This document shows positions 11,760 to 24,730 of a stretch of DNA of 64,000 bases, one piece after another; within the stretch, counting starts at the first letter, position 1, and each line of letters opens with the position of its first letter. The translations under genes were made by a program, and so were the position numbers. This DNA comes from Phoronis australis (Eukaryota; Animalia; Phoronida), in the NCBI GenBank assembly GCA_002633005.1, contig NMRA01000514.1:1-64000 (forward strand), in the 5' to 3' direction. The notes below the pieces were generated by a model. It saw only the letters and a list, made by a program, of their open reading frames with translations. It was not told the DNA's origin and made no database searches.

Positions 11760-14490
11760 ATTGCGGATGCGTCACTTTCCCGCGTGCAAATCTTCTACAG
11801 GTGGTTACAAATTCTCGAAAGACCTGAGGTTACTGCAGGCGTGGAGAATTGCGGTCAAAATGGTCGAGCGAATGACAAAAAGTGTGTCGATGCCGAAGCC
11901 TCACGCCCCGTGTGTGTGGTCTATGCATTTCCATTAAGAGACAATTTTATGACGTACTTGGTAAGTTTTTAGCAATTAAGTTTCTATCGACATCGCTCAA
12001 TGATGCTATCCCCACCAGTTACCCCAACTGAATGACCGAGTTTCCTTATTTTATAGCGGACCCCACGCCCGGGAGTACTAGATTAGTTACCGAATTAACA
12101 TGAATGAGCTATTCAGTGAATTTGTAACATTGCATTGGAATAAATATTGACACCTAGAATGAATTTTATTTGTTGAGATCATAAACACATTTTAGGTGTC
12201 ATGAAGCATGCACATTGTTAAATCACTTTTAGCCTGTTTCACATATTTTAATTCAGATCTTAAGTAAGACTTGGGTACAAAGATTATTAGTTTCTACATA
12301 TAAACATGAAGATGAAATGTCAAGTATGCTCTGCCTTACAAAAGTATTTTTGTCTGATGTTTTCTTTTGTAATTTGCTAATATTTCTCTGTTACAGGTGA
12401 GAGAAAACGATTGAAACCAGTCGCCTTACCGTCTATTTTACCTTTCGACAAAGTGAATAGCAGTCTTTCAGCAATAACCTGAGATAATTGAACCTCTCAA
12501 TTCAGAAAGTCAGCCCTTGATATCACTGATTATGGACTCTTTCACATTGTTAATATTGCAATTGCTTTTAACAAATAATGTTGTTCCGTTGTATAAATGT
12601 GGTTGCTCAGTTCGTCATTTTGTTTTTAAATACACTGATTATTGTTTATTTTTTCTAATCTGGTGCGTAGCAAATTCTTATCCAGCTACAGTGTAGCTAC
12701 GCTTGAAAACACACTTTGCTTGCATGTGGAACTTTTGTTACAGACAAGTTAACACGAAACTTAAAACTGTTCAAAGGCCTTCTTAAGAAAGCTCTAAAAA
12801 TAGTTTCAAACAGAAACAAATCAAATGCAATCAAAGGGAATACTTCGTTTTGATCGCTGGACATTTCTATAGGTCAACTGAAAAATGACAATTCGCAAGC
12901 GTAATCGGTGATTACTTCAGCTTTATAAAGAGGCAGCGCAACTGTACTGTACGGGGTTTAAAACTGAAGAAATATTATGGTTGTGATTAATTAGGGACAA
13001 ACTTGCCTGTTGATGAAAAATTTATTCGATCATCAAAGTGTAACATTAACGGGCTTTTTACTGACAATGAAGCAATCGATGCAGTCCCTGAATGTCATTT
13101 CCACATGATGCGTACCAAGTTGAGAAGCTTTTATCATTAGTATAAAGCCTTTCTTAAGGAAAACTTACAGCCTAATTTCAACGGAATTTCGTTACTTTAG
13201 ATGTATTAGGCTAACCAGATTGTCCCAGCGCAGCCTTAGTAAAATAAGAAAACGCGAGTTCAATCACGCAAGTGTAAGCCCGTCAAAAGATAAGTGAAGC
13301 TGCCTTTTTTCGTGCCATGCTGCGTCACCGCGAGATCCCACCACAAACAACAAAAGGTTGTATTGAATAGGCAAGGTACCAAAACTACACGGAACGGACT
13401 CATAAACACGGTCACGGACGCACGACTCACGCACCTGCAAACACCGTTCACTGACTCACAAACATGGGAACGGATTCACAAAACACGACCCGTTCACCCA
13501 AATACACGGGACACCGACTAACATTCACGAAAAATAGACGGTTAACATGTCCTGTGTATTTTTGGTTGAATGGATCATGTTTTGCGAGTCCGTTCCCGTG
13601 TTTGTGAGTCAGTGAACGGTGTGGTGTTTCGAGGTACGTGAGTCGTGTTCATGCGTCCGTGACCGTGTTTATTCGAGTCCGTTAACTTTGTAGTTTAGGT
13701 ACCTTGATAGGGATCTGAATAGAACACCATTGCGTGCGGGTGTTATTCGCAGCTGTTTGAATTAAAGGTGATTCTCGCGATGACGTAGACAAAATTGAGC
13801 CACTGCGCCCAACAGTTCGTTACATTAGGCAATTAATGGCACTAGTGGGTTCAGAGCGATGCTCTTAACATGCTGTAGGCTACTGTAGGAACCAAATTTA
13901 CACGTGTTACCGTTGAAGATAGGCTTTAATGTCACTCAGTGAGAAAGGACAGGTATTCATACCAGATGCCTTTGGTTTTCGTTTCACTGGGATCGAGTTT
14001 CAATGGCCTACAGAAGCGCTTGTAAAAAAGGTCCAGTTGGGGCACGTCGCTTTCCTACATGTGACCTCATGCAGCCTCAGTAAAGTCCACAATTAGATCC
14101 TTGAAGGTAAACACAACATCATATCACTTGACTCGCTTTGGGCCCAAAATCTGATCCTGAACTAGACAACAGCGTTACCAGTTCTTCTTTAGCTTCAGTC
14201 CCTCATGCGTCTTCCAGGAAAGGCAATAAACCATTGTTGTCCACACATGACTCATTGCCTATGAAATGGCGTCATCACCAATGAGGCTGGGTGGTGAAGC
14301 AGTCAGATATAGTTCCTCTTCACACACAAACAATCCACTGGCACACTTTCTTATGGTAACTTAGTACTGCGGCCACTTTTTCATGCAGCACTGCCGGCTG
14401 CTGTGTGAACGCCATGTTCAGGAAAGAGAAAGGATTAACAAAGCTTGTCTGTGTTGAGGCTTGACGTGGAATCAAAGATGTCACTGAACC
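11760..14490. mobile_element. Decayed ISL2EU/Harbinger-type DNA transposon (THAP-transposase relic on +, YqaJ nuclease relic on -)
   Basis: Plus: THAP-like PACK..YKFSKD.RLLQAWRIAV...P.PH..CVWSMHF, intron (gtaagt near 11961, ttacag near 12397), then RKRLKPVALPSILP and a CTGFK motif near 12950. Minus about 14100-14350: GLFV...LYLTASP.SLIGDD and LKLKKN....LVQDQI, a YqaJ-like pattern. Boundaries approximate. Confidence 0.6.
13372..13706. mobile_element. MITE (near-complete inverted repeat, TIR CAAGGTACC, 5-bp TSD ATAGG)
   Basis: Left arm (about 13372-13513) is the imperfect reverse complement of the right arm (about 13548-13706); ATAGG at 13367-13371 and 13707-13711. Confidence 0.85.
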
Positions 14491-15407
14491 TGGAACAAAT
14501 ATTGAAACATGAATAATTAAGTACGTGAGGTTGGGTCAAATATGTTGCCCTTGTTTTTCAAAAATGTGATATGGTTACTGCTTTACAATTTCACACAAAA
14601 TTAAATAATTATTATTTCCAGAAAGCTAGGGTGTATATAATATAAGCGTCTTTAGTTTTCATTCCTAGCCATAACATTGATCTAAACGCATCACTTGTCT
14701 GCAAATTATGCAAGTTATTTGAGACAATTTCAAACCTTTGTTACCATTTTCAAGCTTTTGAATTTTGATACTTTCAGCAATAATAAACAATGATTACAGA
14801 TTCATAGGTCTGTCAAGCACACTTCTGGTCTAAGGCTGAGGGAAATCTTTCTCAGACTTTTTATTTTAATTCTAATAAAACTTGGGTCACATAAAATGAT
14901 GGATAACCTTTCTGTTGTTTAAGAGTAATTAAACATCCTAAGGCACCAGTGTCTGCATATTGGCAGTAAGAATACATGTATGTTCAAATATGACTTCACT
15001 AGTATGTTCACATACATTAAAAATGCAATTTTCACAAAAATGGCAGTCATATGAATTTATAAACGATTTGCAACATTTCAAGGAATAAGACGGTTCAGTT
15101 GTTGAGAAGTCAGAGAATGTAATATATTTTTAGGAGATTACAATGCATAGCAAAACCGTTTCATAAAACGTAAAAGAACTTCAGGAAGTTTAACAATTAC
15201 CTCACCATGTTCTTTCCCCCGTACACTATTACATGTAATTTCCAGACATTCAGTTGCACCAAATTTTACAGCCTCAACCCCGTATGCCAACCTCCGCTAA
15301 GGACCTGCATATGTAAATTAAAAAGACAACTTCCATAGCTTTCTTTAAAAATAGCTGTCCCTTTTCAAAAGGTTTTGTTCTTTGTCTCCGATACAAAAAG
15401 TAGGCTT

Positions 15408-17945
15408 TGATACGCCGTAAAATGTAAGAATTTCGTAAAATGGAACCACTGTTACATTTTATGTAACAACTGTTACATTTTATGTCATTGTTACATTTTA
15501 CGTTGCTAGGCCTCTTTTAAAATGTAAAAATATGTTACATTTTTTGTAATTGTTACAATTTACGTCGAATGCACATGCCAGAAATGTACCATTGTTACGA
15601 AAGCGAAGTCATATTTCATGAGTTTGCAAGGTACTTGTCACACGGAAGAAAACCGTTCACACACCTAACGCCTTCTTTCTCGGATTGTGTGAACGAAATT
15701 CTATCAAATGTGCCAGGTTGACTTTAAAGATGTGTCCTTTGTACTTTCCATGGTTTTTTGAACATGAGTTATTTAACGGTGTAGTAAAAAATGTACAGCG
15801 CGCAGTTTCAACTCCACACGAAAGGAGTTTCCAGGATCAGGTAACAAGTTTTTTATCGTTAAAGCGTTCTTGCATTTTTGTTGACGCTTATAAACTAATT
15901 TTTATCCGACATTGTAGTAAACACATTTCCCTTAGTAAGAACAGCAATGACATCCTATTTGGCTTTTATTTATGGTACTTCTTCGGGAACGAAAGACAAT
16001 TACAAAATTTTTTATGGAGAATTCAACTTCGGAAGCCAATTTGATAGAAAATAAACACCAGTTTTAGTCCACGATAGTTTGCTTTATTTCGGCCAGTGTT
16101 TTATTGCCTTGGAGTCATCGCTAATGCAGTAATTGCTCTGCTTCAAACAAAAGGAGCAAAGCCAAAGTTTCTGTTGCCGACAGGTGATGTCTACCACCTT
16201 AGTTATGAATGAAAATTTCTTAAAGACAATGTGGTGGAAGGAAATAAAAGCACGCATTTATTTGCCGGCAGTTTGACACATTTTGCCAAAGCTACAATAA
16301 AATATTGCCGTTGAAAAGGGCGAGCCATTCAAAAAAGTGTCGTCCTAGTGACGAAAGAAATATCATTGTTCCTGCGATGTCAAACCTCTCTGAAATATTG
16401 GTGGTAACAAGAGATCAAACCGTGGCGTGTAAACGTAAAAATGGGATGCCTGGCACTCTGAAGGCACCTGATTATTTTGCTCCTGTCTAGATCTATAGTT
16501 TAAAGGGGCAATAGTTCAAAAAGCTGACTGTTGGGCTTTCGGACTATAAAAACATTCAATTTCTCTTTCTATTACCTTTTAAGATAAAATATGAATTAAA
16601 ACTGCTATTTGGCCAATGGTCGTTAGTTTGAAGTACATATAAATTAGGATAAAGATTGGACTTTCTACTATTAATTGACGTGAAGTCACGTGTCTCATGA
16701 GTCGCCATTTTTGTGTTGCAGCTCGGAGATAAGGGAATTTGGTATATTAATCCTTTTGATGCATTGCATTTTAATCTTTTTGATGCATTATATTAAAAGC
16801 TCATATTAAACATCGCTGACTTCGACATAGGCGGTTTTTGTTCCATACAATATTGGGGCCCATTCCACATAAAATTGTTGCGTGTCTTGTATGTTCGTTA
16901 CACCCTATTCTAATGAGCCGTTGACCGCAACTGAGTAGTCGTTAGTTCTCGAAGAATGTCTGTGTCCAGATTTCAACGTAACGCAATTTTGAACTTTCTT
17001 TGACCAGGAATGTTTTCAACAAGAGACAGTTTTGCGGTCTGAATTCAGTTCTTCGTGGCAAACTACAGATGGACATAGTTATATCTACAAATAATACAGT
17101 GCTTGCCGATAGTTCAGAAATAATCAATTTTTGAATTTGGTGCTCGTCTAAACAAGTTTTTAAATCTTAATCTCCTCGTTTCCAAAACGTAGGCGTGCTC
17201 TGCATCCACAACTGTCAAGACGTTCCTCACAATATCGTTAAAGCTGAACTTAAGAGCCCCTTTAAAATCCTATTGGGACAGCACTTGCTGTCCACTATGG
17301 AAAGCCTGATGACAACATTGAACAATAAATGAGATGATTTTAAAATCTTTGATGTCCATGATATTTTAGCACTTTGTTAAACTGGTATTGTGTCCTCGTA
17401 AATAAATTACTAATAAAAACGATAATAGGTAGCCAAATTCATGTCGTGTCAGCCCGGAGTGCATTCCTATAGTAGATGTATACGAAAAGTGCCGCTCAAA
17501 AGACTGTTTTTTCACAGAAAAAATACTCTGCAAAATTGTGTCATTTTTGACGAAACTAAAAGGTGTCTTTCCTGAATTTCTGGAACAGACGTGTGCGAAA
17601 ATGTGAGGTTTTACACAATTTAGTCTCTAAGTGGGTAATTTTTGTACGAGCCCACTCTCTAAATGGGTTGGCATTCAAATATTTCGGGCGCCACTCCTCG
17701 TCTAAAAATACTCCAGTACACCCGGCTGTGTCAGATACCACTTGTTCGTGATTTTGGTCATTTTCTTTGCAATATGATGTGGGTTTCGTAAAATGTAACA
17801 ATGGTACATTTCTCGCATATGCGTCCGACGTAAAGTGTAACAACTATGTAAAATGTAACAACTTGTTACATTTTAGGAGAGGCTTAGCAACGTAAAATGT
17901 AACAATGACGTAACATGTAGCAGTTGTTACATTTACGGCGTATCA
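15408..17945. mobile_element. 2.5-kb non-autonomous DNA transposon with long TIRs carrying TGTTACATTTTA subterminal repeats
   Basis: TGATACGCCGTAAAATGTAA ... TTACATTTACGGCGTATCA; imperfect inverted arms of about 170-190 bp; direct repeat AGGCTT at 15402-15407 and 17946-17951. Confidence 0.8.
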
Positions 17946-19501
17946 AGGCTTTGGATAGGAAGTTCTTGCTGGTTAGCTGCCTGCAGTCAACTGCTTAAAT
18001 CCAATTTTCAGGTGAAAACAGACATGATATATTTCCATGTCAACATGTAATAGATTTCCGGACGACATAGGATAAGGAATAAACAAATAGTCTAATGGAT
18101 GTTTGTGATGTACCCTTTGGGCTTGGGCTGTAAGCTTACCTCACTGTTGTATTACTGTCATTCAGCATTAATTGATGCAACTGTCACTGATAAACTGTTA
18201 GAAATCATTCCAAACATTAATGATACTGCTTTGGTGTACAAAAACACCCCGAGTGCTATGTCAAGTATCGTAACACACATCAGTCATCACAACAAACAAT
18301 GATTAACCGATTTGCAACTGCCGCGAAGTCAACATCGGCCAGTACCTAAATTAACAGGTATCAGTTTTTTAAACATAGAATAATCGTTAAAAATAAGCAC
18401 AGACCTTACCTTTGTATAAGGTAACGCTTACTTCTTCTCATAGAAGCACCCTTTTCCCGCAATCTCAGCTTCTGTTGGCACGGATGCAAGTCATTTCATC
18501 ATGTATTTAAAGGGCTCGCGAAATCGAGGCTGCTTAATCCATCACCACTAGTACAGGTGTGCCCTCTTTTAGTGTAAAGATTGTCGAATAGATAAAAAAT
18601 TCAGTCCAATTTCGAGTTCAGAGATTTGACGCGGGTCATGGCAATGAAAAGAGTGGACTCTCTAAAAAGAGATATTGGCTGTAGACGCACTAAAGTTTGA
18701 AGTAAAAAAGACTTGTTGTTCTGATTAGCTCGGTTCTATAAAACGGAGTAATAATATTTAGATTGTTCTCGAATTTCCCGACTTGTATCAACTTTTGACA
18801 AACGTTTACCATCCTCAAGAAAATAACTAAAAGATAGTTGTCATTAAGACAACATTTCCTTTGTTTTCACCCGTAATAAGCACAAAACAGTTTCACCGAA
18901 CAAAAATGATGATTTACAACTCATTAGAAAAAATTCGTTTTTACCAACAAATGTTCTCGGTTTGAACATGGAACTCTAAAGCTGGAATGCCAGCTCCCAC
19001 ACGAGGCCTGTTGCATGTTTTTGTATTCTATTATTGCGATCCCGAGACTAGCTGAGAACGTTTGCACTTAGAATTTCCAGCTGCCAGCTCGACTGTGTTT
19101 TGATCGAGAGTAGTAGTTATCATATCAAGCAAAATTTCATTGCTTCACTTTCATTTTGTTATTGTTGTTCATCAAGAGAGACTCCTGAGGTACAACTCCA
19201 TACAATCAGCGATTTCTCGGCAAAATTAGTCAGCAAACCCAACAATTGTACTGGTCATTCTTTGTAAGCACCGACCTGTGTGCCCATGGTGGATACCGGG
19301 AGTAGTTTGGCCTCTGATTTCTTTTCAGCTCCAGTTGTAGAACCACTTTCAACAACCGGGCACACTACATGCCAGGAGTTTTTCAAGAAGGACTTTTGGG
19401 TGTTAAAATCATGTTACAGTATTTTCGGAAGTAAGTTACATTTGGCCATAAGGCAGGTGCGGTAGCGTAATTGTCGAAATATTACTCATGTTTAGCTATT
19501 A

Positions 19502-19580
19502 GTGTGTTTGAGTGTGTGTGTGTGTGTGCGCGTGCGAGTGTGTGTGCGCGCACGCGAGCGGTTTGTGTGCTCGTGTGTGT
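19502..19580. repeat. (TG)n/(CG)-interrupted microsatellite
   Basis: Direct reading. Confidence 0.8.
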
Positions 19581-21161
19581 AATGTATTCATTTGGTTCTA
19601 TGATAATCTATTTGTGCAATGGTAATTCGATATCTGAGACATACTTGAAGATCTACCCTTATCGGTGGTCTTTACCTATACAGCGAAATAAAATTTTACA
19701 TTGTAAAAATCTATTCCAGTACTACGTGTTGCTGATGGTGTAAAGTGTTTTTGCTAGTTGCACCGCTCTTGGCACACTGTCCCACTTTCTTTATTGTTTT
19801 CTCCCGTTCCCCCACACGATCTAAATTTACCGATTTTTGACACACGGCCAAATTGCTATGTTGTAATACTTGGATATCATTGAAATTTCCCACGCGACAT
19901 GGCCATATTTTCTTGCTCAACTAAACAGAAGGAAATGGTACGATTTATGGGCTTTGCATCACCCTCAATTTCCCATTCAACTATAAAACCAACAAAAACG
20001 CTGTCGGGCATTTTCGTGTGTTACATCTCCGTTCAACAAAAAAAGAAAACGCTGACGGTATGTCTGTCGTGTTGTAGCAAATATTTCACCCATGCGTTTT
20101 GCCTTAGACCCAGATGTCACGCATTTTATCCTGAAGTCCTGCTTTTCAATCAACTTGTTCCGTTTTTTCGTTCTTGAATGTTGACCGTGATTACTATGCA
20201 ACAGTTGTTCAAAATAACGTTGTACAAAATAGATCAGGATCACTAACTTTTACTTTTTGCAAATTCTTACCTGCAACCAATGCTTCACAGCCCACTTCAT
20301 TGCTACGTGACAGAAGATTACCCATTTGTTATCGATCAGAAAACATTTATCTACAAATTTCGGATACATATTTGGAATAGCTTTTCGTATTTTTCGAAAA
20401 TGTCACTGCATTCTGATTTTTTACTGAAGAATGTGATTACATGAAACAGCACCATTTCCAAATAATGATAACACATAAAGATGACTGCAATGATGGACGA
20501 ATTCCTGACTTCATTATCCACAGCAAATGTGAGGTATTCATGTACCAAAAGCTTTGTCTTTAAAGCGTAGAAATTTTTTGACTCTTTAAAATTACTCCGC
20601 TAATGGCTTAACTAGTCGTTTATACAGTGTATAACATCTCTTGTTCACTTCCTTATTACTTTACTACTACACGCCGTTAATTTTGCATTTTGGTCGATAA
20701 CACTCTTGGTTTTTCAATTAAAAAACATTTTAAACCTGTCAGGTATGCTAATTACTTATGATTTGAATTAATCTTTTGCTTCCGGTAGAATCATCGCAAA
20801 CTGACAAAGGGCTTTTTGGTGACGTGGATTTTATGCAATTCGGTTGACAAACGGCAGAGTTCCGAAAAGTTTTAATGACAGCAAATAACATAGCAAGTAC
20901 ATATACTGGAACAAACGAATGTAAACAACTCACACGTATGCGCGGCTCAACCTCAGCGGCCGCGAGATTAGAGTTGTCAGTCCAGGGCTAGAGTTTTGCG
21001 ATTCCAACCAATAAAAGTTTGATAGCGGGACTAGGAATATGCAAAGTGCGCCCTCCTGCCTTCACCCTGTGCCCAATGTTCAACGACTCGGCAGTAAAGA
21101 TACATGTACATGTACACGTCCTGAAAACACGTAAACTTTAAATCGTATTTGCCTAACTTAC

Positions 21162-21280
21162 CTCGGTGTTCGATGAACTTCCTAGTGCGATGGCCACAGT
21201 CAGGATCATTTTTATAAAGTCAACCAGCAGAGCTTGATCGGTATTGAGCCAATTAGCTTCAAGTATTACTCTGCACTTCA
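21162..21280 (-). promoter_or_regulatory. Core promoter (CCAAT + TATA) and short non-coding first exon of paralog A
   Basis: TTTATAAA at 21211-21218, AGCCAAT at 21247-21253, donor GTAAGT starting at 21161 (minus); the block is homologous to 33562-33668. Confidence 0.7.
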
Positions 21281-21885
21281 CATGACTCTTTGGCATGTCG
21301 CCCTAGATGTTTGTGCCATGCTTTCAGTTCTGATATCTTTTTCTTGCTAAAAAGTCTCCGACACATTAACCTCGTCTTAAGTCACACGTTAAATATCTCT
21401 TTTATCAAGCAACTTTTTCCGTATGTTCATACACTCTACTGTCTAAAATAGCTAAACATGCATATACAGAAAACAGAGATGTTGATATATGATTTGCCAC
21501 ATACACGTGAGCAACACCTATGCACTTATTTCGTGACCATGGCAAACTTGAGAATAACAAGTGAAGCTGAACAGCATTGTCTTCTGTATTCACAGTGCTT
21601 CCAATAATCTTTCGTAATCAAAATTTTTAGTTTGTCTACATGTAATAGTTCGTTTGAAAATATCAGGACACCTCTCCGATGGTAAGGGAAGGCTTTGTGC
21701 GACTGGTAACGTGAAACTGTCGTTTTTTCATATCCGTTAAGCGTGAGATTCACCGTGATTGCGTATTTGTATTTTTAGGCTAGCGTAAACCATGCATATA
21801 CATGTACCCTACTATGGTGAACGAAAAATGGGATTGGTGAGTCCCGTGGAGGTCCAGCGTCCGTGGAAAGAGAATTAGTGGCTAA

Positions 21886-21969
21886 AATCCTTAGGATCCG
21901 CCAATCCTTAGGATCCGCCAATCCTTAGGATCCGCCAATCCTTAGGATCCGCCAATCCTTAGGATCCGC
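21886..21969. repeat. 17-bp minisatellite AATCCTTAGGATCCGCC x5
   Basis: Perfect tandem copies. Confidence 0.95.
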
Positions 21970-23129
21970 AGAATTATCGCCAATCAGCCTGAGAATTGGT
22001 GGCATTCGGTGTTGATAATTGAAGTCCGACTACAGGAGGAAACAGAATCAGTTGTTATCTGCGAAACATTAAAAAACGAGGTCGTCTTGAAACGTAAAAT
22101 CGATAATTTTGCAAGGATGAACCGTCACACCACCACTTCGTCCCATTTTCTTTTTCCAGTGATCAGGAGGAGGAATGGCTAATATTTCTAAGTGTATTTC
22201 ATAACTATACATGTATCAGTACAATTTATACTAAATAACTAGATAAATTATACAGTACCCTAACACTAAGCACTAGTTTCTAATGAAGTCAGTCTTTCAA
22301 GCAACATTGACGTCACAGTATCGATTGTTAGGCACGACAACTTTTTGTGCTCAGTCTGGACGAGACAGTTTAAGCAGACTCATTTGACCTTTCGGGAATG
22401 TTATCTGTTCTGAAAGCTTTTTGTCACCCTATCGCGTGTAATGATTAAAGAAACCGCGATTCTGTTCTGTTGTTTTTTAATAAAATGGATTTAATTAACG
22501 AGAATAACAGCTACAGTTCCTGAAACCGGGACTAGTGACGCACCGAGCAAGTTACAAAAACATCAACCTATCCGGGAAAAGACGGGCTCCCTCAGTTTTC
22601 ATTCCTCGGGCTTTACGGGTATAGTTCCGATAACTTAGCGTCGTGGTCGAGGTGTCCGCAGATTTTCAGTCCCAGTGTCTTTAGAACCAGGGACTTGATC
22701 CTATTAACTGAATAAAGGTATTGATGTTATTGCAACACTATTGCACCGAATTTTATATTTAAACCTTTTGTGTAAAATGTTTATGTTGTGATTTCAGATA
22801 CCATGACCATGGTATCAGCCTGGGATTTTATTTTGCTCGAAGAACAAGCCTCATTTCGTTGTCCATTGCCCCTCTTTGAGCACACGATGTTTTCCTGAGC
22901 TTATCGGGGTCCTCATGATAATCGAAAGCATTTAGGTCAAACCTGTTGTCAGTTTTTTCGTCCTTAAGCTTTTCTACGGGTGAAAAAAAGTTGAGTAACA
23001 TTGACACTAGCATCTGTCTTTCAACTCACAAATGGACGATAAAACAGTTATTGTATGGTGACGACGATCTATTATTCTTATATTAGAACCATTAAATTAT
23101 CCTTGAACAACCGAAATGTGTATAGTTCA

Positions 23130-23640
23130 GTGAAAAGTTTGGAGTCAATATTCAGCAATATAATGGGTCATCAAAAATCAAATGTGGTGTGGTCTGCAGT
23201 CTCACATCTGGTTGGGATCCTGATCAATAGGGAGACAGTGAGGCTAGTTAGTGGTTTGAGCCCTGAACTCGAATCCTGTCTTTACTGGCAGACAATCGAG
23301 CATTGTAGAAAACTCTGACTCCTTCTCGTCTGAGTTCAGTCTTACTTGTGATTGAATGAATGTATGTAATGGAATTAACATGAACCACTTCGGAATATTC
23401 GACTTTGAGTGTGAAGTGTAAAGAAGAGAGAGAAAATATACATGCATGACCTTTGAGCAAAGACAACTCCTCTGTTATGTTCGGAACCATGAGATACAAA
23501 CGTGTGACCATCCCATCTTAACTGCCATTCAGGCAAGGCCATTTGCGAACTACGGCTTTCCTGGAGAAAAACTACATCGACGTTGTTAAAGGAATTAAAA
23601 AGGACACATGATTGTTTCATTGTACGTTCCCTTGCAATTG
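23130..23640 (-). mobile_element. L1/Tx1 LINE fragment (APE endonuclease domain)
   Basis: DVVFLQES...W...WDG..F.SHG....RGV motif in ORF 23375-23620, followed by a frameshifted downstream segment ending in a DH motif. Confidence 0.75.
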
Positions 23641-24599
23641 AAAGTAGTTCAATTTAATTTGCTCACGAGTCATGGTCTTTTATTTTGAGGCTGTGAGACT
23701 TGCTGATCTAAACCTAATTAACAAGAAAAGCTCACCAGTGTGTCACGAGATTAAAATGCTAATTTAGTAAAAATATCTCGTGACTGCGACACGAGATTCA
23801 TCAGATGTTTAGTGAAGGCGCACATGCAAGTAATGTTATGGGAATTGAACCCAATAAGAATATAAAGCCAAGTCGTACCAAAGTTTCAGTTGTTTTACGG
23901 GAATTTAACGTTTTCAGGTAACAAGAGTGGCAATTTACATCTGGATTTTAATTGATGTGCTCTGGCAGCGGTTAAACCTATTGTAGGCCTACGCACCCGA
24001 AGAGTTCAGTACCCGGTTGCATGAAACAGCCCCAGATACACTGTAGGACTCAACTATTTTACATAATCTACTGCGTATTTCTAGACGTGTCAAAAACACT
24101 GCTCGTCCTTTCTTGTGCTGTTTGAGTCTCATTACTAAGTCAGCTTTTTACTTTGATACAAGTCGAGAGTTAACTCCATGTTGAGTTATCCTTATTATTG
24201 AAAGTAAGTAGGGATCTCTTAGTGCAACGTTATAATAACATGACTAAGTGGAAATGTAAATGAGTTTAATTATTCTTTAGTCGAACTATGCTTCGCACGG
24301 GTACCTGCTAGTGTAATGGAATCACCTTTAGCTTAATTGTATTTGGATGGGTCCCAATGACTCGTTATAAGGTGGCGTTAGGTGCGTTCTGCACTGAAAC
24401 GCCTCTACACTCTTTCCCAGTGCAACATGTACGAAAGGTACATGTAACACTGTGGAATGTTGTTTAACATGGCTTCTCATTGGTTAAAGTAACGAAACCG
24501 AAGTCTTAACATTCAGTCATTCCCATTGGTTGAAATCTGGGAAACGCCTTGCTCAGTGTTGCGTGGGCGACCACCTTTGACTTGAATAGTTGCAATTTA

Positions 24600-24730
24600 T
24601 TAAAACGGCAGTGGTGGAAGTAAACCAAATTAAGGAAACCCCGATCCAGCGGCTTAAGCCCAACCAAGTACAGTGCATTAAACGGTGTGCAAGAGGTGGC
24701 GATGTGATCGGTATACTTCCGACCAAGGCA
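24600..24730 (+). mobile_element. RecQ-type helicase N-terminal relic (Academ-like transposon fragment)
   Basis: LKPNQVQCIKRCARGGDVIGILPT matches the RecQ segment before Walker A; truncated before GxGKS. Confidence 0.45.
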
